Shown here in pieces: positions 5,522-6,782 of a stretch of 6,782 bases of DNA. Both the position numbers and the translations under genes were made by a program. The DNA lies in NCBI GenBank assembly GCA_000175855.1, contig ACYB01000039.1, positions 1-6,782 of the forward strand, written 5' to 3'. A model generated the notes under the pieces. It saw only the letters and a program-made list of their open reading frames with translations. It was not told where the DNA came from and did no database searches. The stretch's first letter is position 1. Each line of letters opens with the position of its first letter. This stretch comes from Raphidiopsis brookii D9 (lineage in GTDB: Bacteria; Cyanobacteriota; Cyanobacteriia; Cyanobacteriales; Nostocaceae).

Positions 5522-6745
5522 TTGCAACGGGAAATTGGTTTAGAAAAGCAGTTTAAATTGGATTACTCCCGACTCTTTCTTCCCGGAATGACACAATTAA
5601 CTAATGAGTCTTTGGGGGAATTATCACCATCTCAACTCTTGAATAGGGTGGACCAAATTCTGGATTTATTGGAAAAGGTTACCTACTATAGTATTTTATC
5701 CCCTTTAAGTGCTGCTATCCGCCAGAAATTATTCCGTGTCCAAGATGAAGAAATTGATCACAGTAATGCTCCTGAAATATCATCATTGCACTCTTTGCAA
5801 CGTCTAGCCCTAGCAGCAAAAAACCTATTACCCAATTTAGAACCTCAAAGAGTTTTTGACCAATTGGCAGAAACCACCTCCGGTCAAAATATTTTAGAAG
5901 AATTCTATGAGGTTTTAGAAGAGTATGGTTATTTAAGTCAAGTAGGAACTGATATTGCTGTGTCTAGGTGGAAGGAACAACCAGACTTATTTAAGCAAAT
6001 GTTCATACAGATCCTAGAAACCCATGAAGTTATCAGTAACCAGGGATCCTCGAAACGCCAACAGGGCAATGTGCAAAATCGTGTCAACTTAAAAGGAACA
6101 GTCACGGAAGTTTATTCTCGACTTCTGGCCGAATTACGCTGGACATTCTTGGCTTTAGAAAAGACTTGGTTAACATCTCATCTATTAACAGCACCAGGAG
6201 ATATCTTCTATTTAAACTTAGGTGAGATTAGACGTTTAATTGCTGATGCAGATCCACAATTGACAGAACAACTGGTAAAATTGTTAGCCAGCAGGCGATC
6301 GCAGTTTGAGCAAGATAGTGAAATCAGCCAAATTCCAGCGGTAGTTTATGGCAACAATCCGCCCTACCCAATGACTAACAGTAAACCAATGAATCTTTCT
6401 GACCGAGTTTTGGTAGGAATTCCAGCCAGTAGGGGACAAGCCATAGGAAAAGTGAAGATAGTGCGCAATTTTCAGGAAGCAGGGGAGATTAATAAACAGA
6501 CAATTCTAGTGGTACCCTATACAGATTCTGGGTGGGCTACCATTTTAGTTCGTGCTGGTGGGGTGATTGCTGAAACTGGTGGCAAACTTTCCCATGGTGC
6601 AATTGTGGCCAGAGAATATGGCATTCCTGCGGTCATGGATATACATGGAGCTACTGATTTATTACGAGATGGTCAAAAAGTACGCATTGATGGCTCCCGG
6701 GGAACCGTAGAAATGGGGAGGTTTCCTGAGTTGGGATCTAATTAA
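5522..6745 (+). CDS. 3' fragment of the same gene: middle domain plus PEP-utilising-enzyme mobile (swivel phospho-His) domain
   Basis: The track ORF starts at TTG 5522, but this frame is already open from 5405. The C-terminus GIPASRGQAIGKVKIV...ILVVPYTDSGWATILVRAGGVIAETGGKLSHGAIVAREYGIPAVMD...DGQKVRIDGSRGTVE is the PEP-utilizers swivel domain. The catalytic-His codon is at 6593-6595. No PEP/pyruvate TIM-barrel domain follows. Confidence 0.85.
   Translation: MQREIGLEKQFKLDYSRLFLPGMTQLTNESLGELSPSQLLNRVDQILDLLEKVTYYSILSPLSAAIRQKLFRVQDEEIDHSNAPEISSLHSLQRLALAAKNLLPNLEPQRVFDQLAETTSGQNILEEFYEVLEEYGYLSQVGTDIAVSRWKEQPDLFKQMFIQILETHEVISNQGSSKRQQGNVQNRVNLKGTVTEVYSRLLAELRWTFLALEKTWLTSHLLTAPGDIFYLNLGEIRRLIADADPQLTEQLVKLLASRRSQFEQDSEISQIPAVVYGNNPPYPMTNSKPMNLSDRVLVGIPASRGQAIGKVKIVRNFQEAGEINKQTILVVPYTDSGWATILVRAGGVIAETGGKLSHGAIVAREYGIPAVMDIHGATDLLRDGQKVRIDGSRGTVEMGRFPELGSN
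6295..6302. repeat. HIP1 octamer GCGATCGC
   Basis: Exact GCGATCGC inside the 3' ORF. I saw no copy anywhere in 1-3850. Confidence 0.9.
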
Positions 6746-6782
6746 CTAACTCCGCTTTTATGTTGTCTCTCCTGACGACGTT

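Noticed and set aside
1-6782. Search for CRISPR arrays, tRNA/rRNA genes, transposase/integrase genes and STRR heptamer arrays
   Set aside because: By eye I found no regularly spaced direct repeats, no cloverleaf-compatible GC-rich 70-90-nt segment, no recombinase-like ORF and no tandem heptamer array. A tRNAscan/Infernal run would be needed to exclude small RNAs formally.

Overview
The window looks cyanobacterial: it has two HIP1 GCGATCGC octamers and an AT-rich, Nostocales-like composition. It splits into two compositionally different halves. GC values are spot counts of 60-nt lines, not a computed profile.

Left half (about 3.4 kb, roughly 22-40% GC, mostly low 30s, no HIP1) looks accessory and carries three minus-strand genes:
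- The 5' part of a large ABC/SMC-like ATPase that runs off the window start. It has its own perfect TTGACA-N17-TATAAT promoter.
- A two-gene operon: a 372-aa ABC-type (AAA_15/AAA_21-like) ATPase followed by a 256-aa Toprim-like protein (Glu...DxD). This is the PARIS/AbiL/split-OLD architecture, but I cannot assign it by eye to a named system. It is my best candidate for an undescribed anti-phage module.

Right half (about 3 kb, mid-40s to 50% GC, HIP1 present) carries:
- A 46-aa single-TM ORF that is not in the supplied track.
- A gene of about 960 aa that fuses a divergent PlsY-like membrane domain to a rifampicin-phosphotransferase-like PEP-utilising dikinase (ATP-grasp plus C-terminal swivel His). 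A 1-nt frameshift at a C4 run breaks it into two ORFs, with a C8 run 42 nt downstream.

The divergent intergenic region contains an orphan promoter/hairpin/terminator unit that could be a small RNA. I found no tRNA, rRNA, CRISPR array, transposase or integrase.
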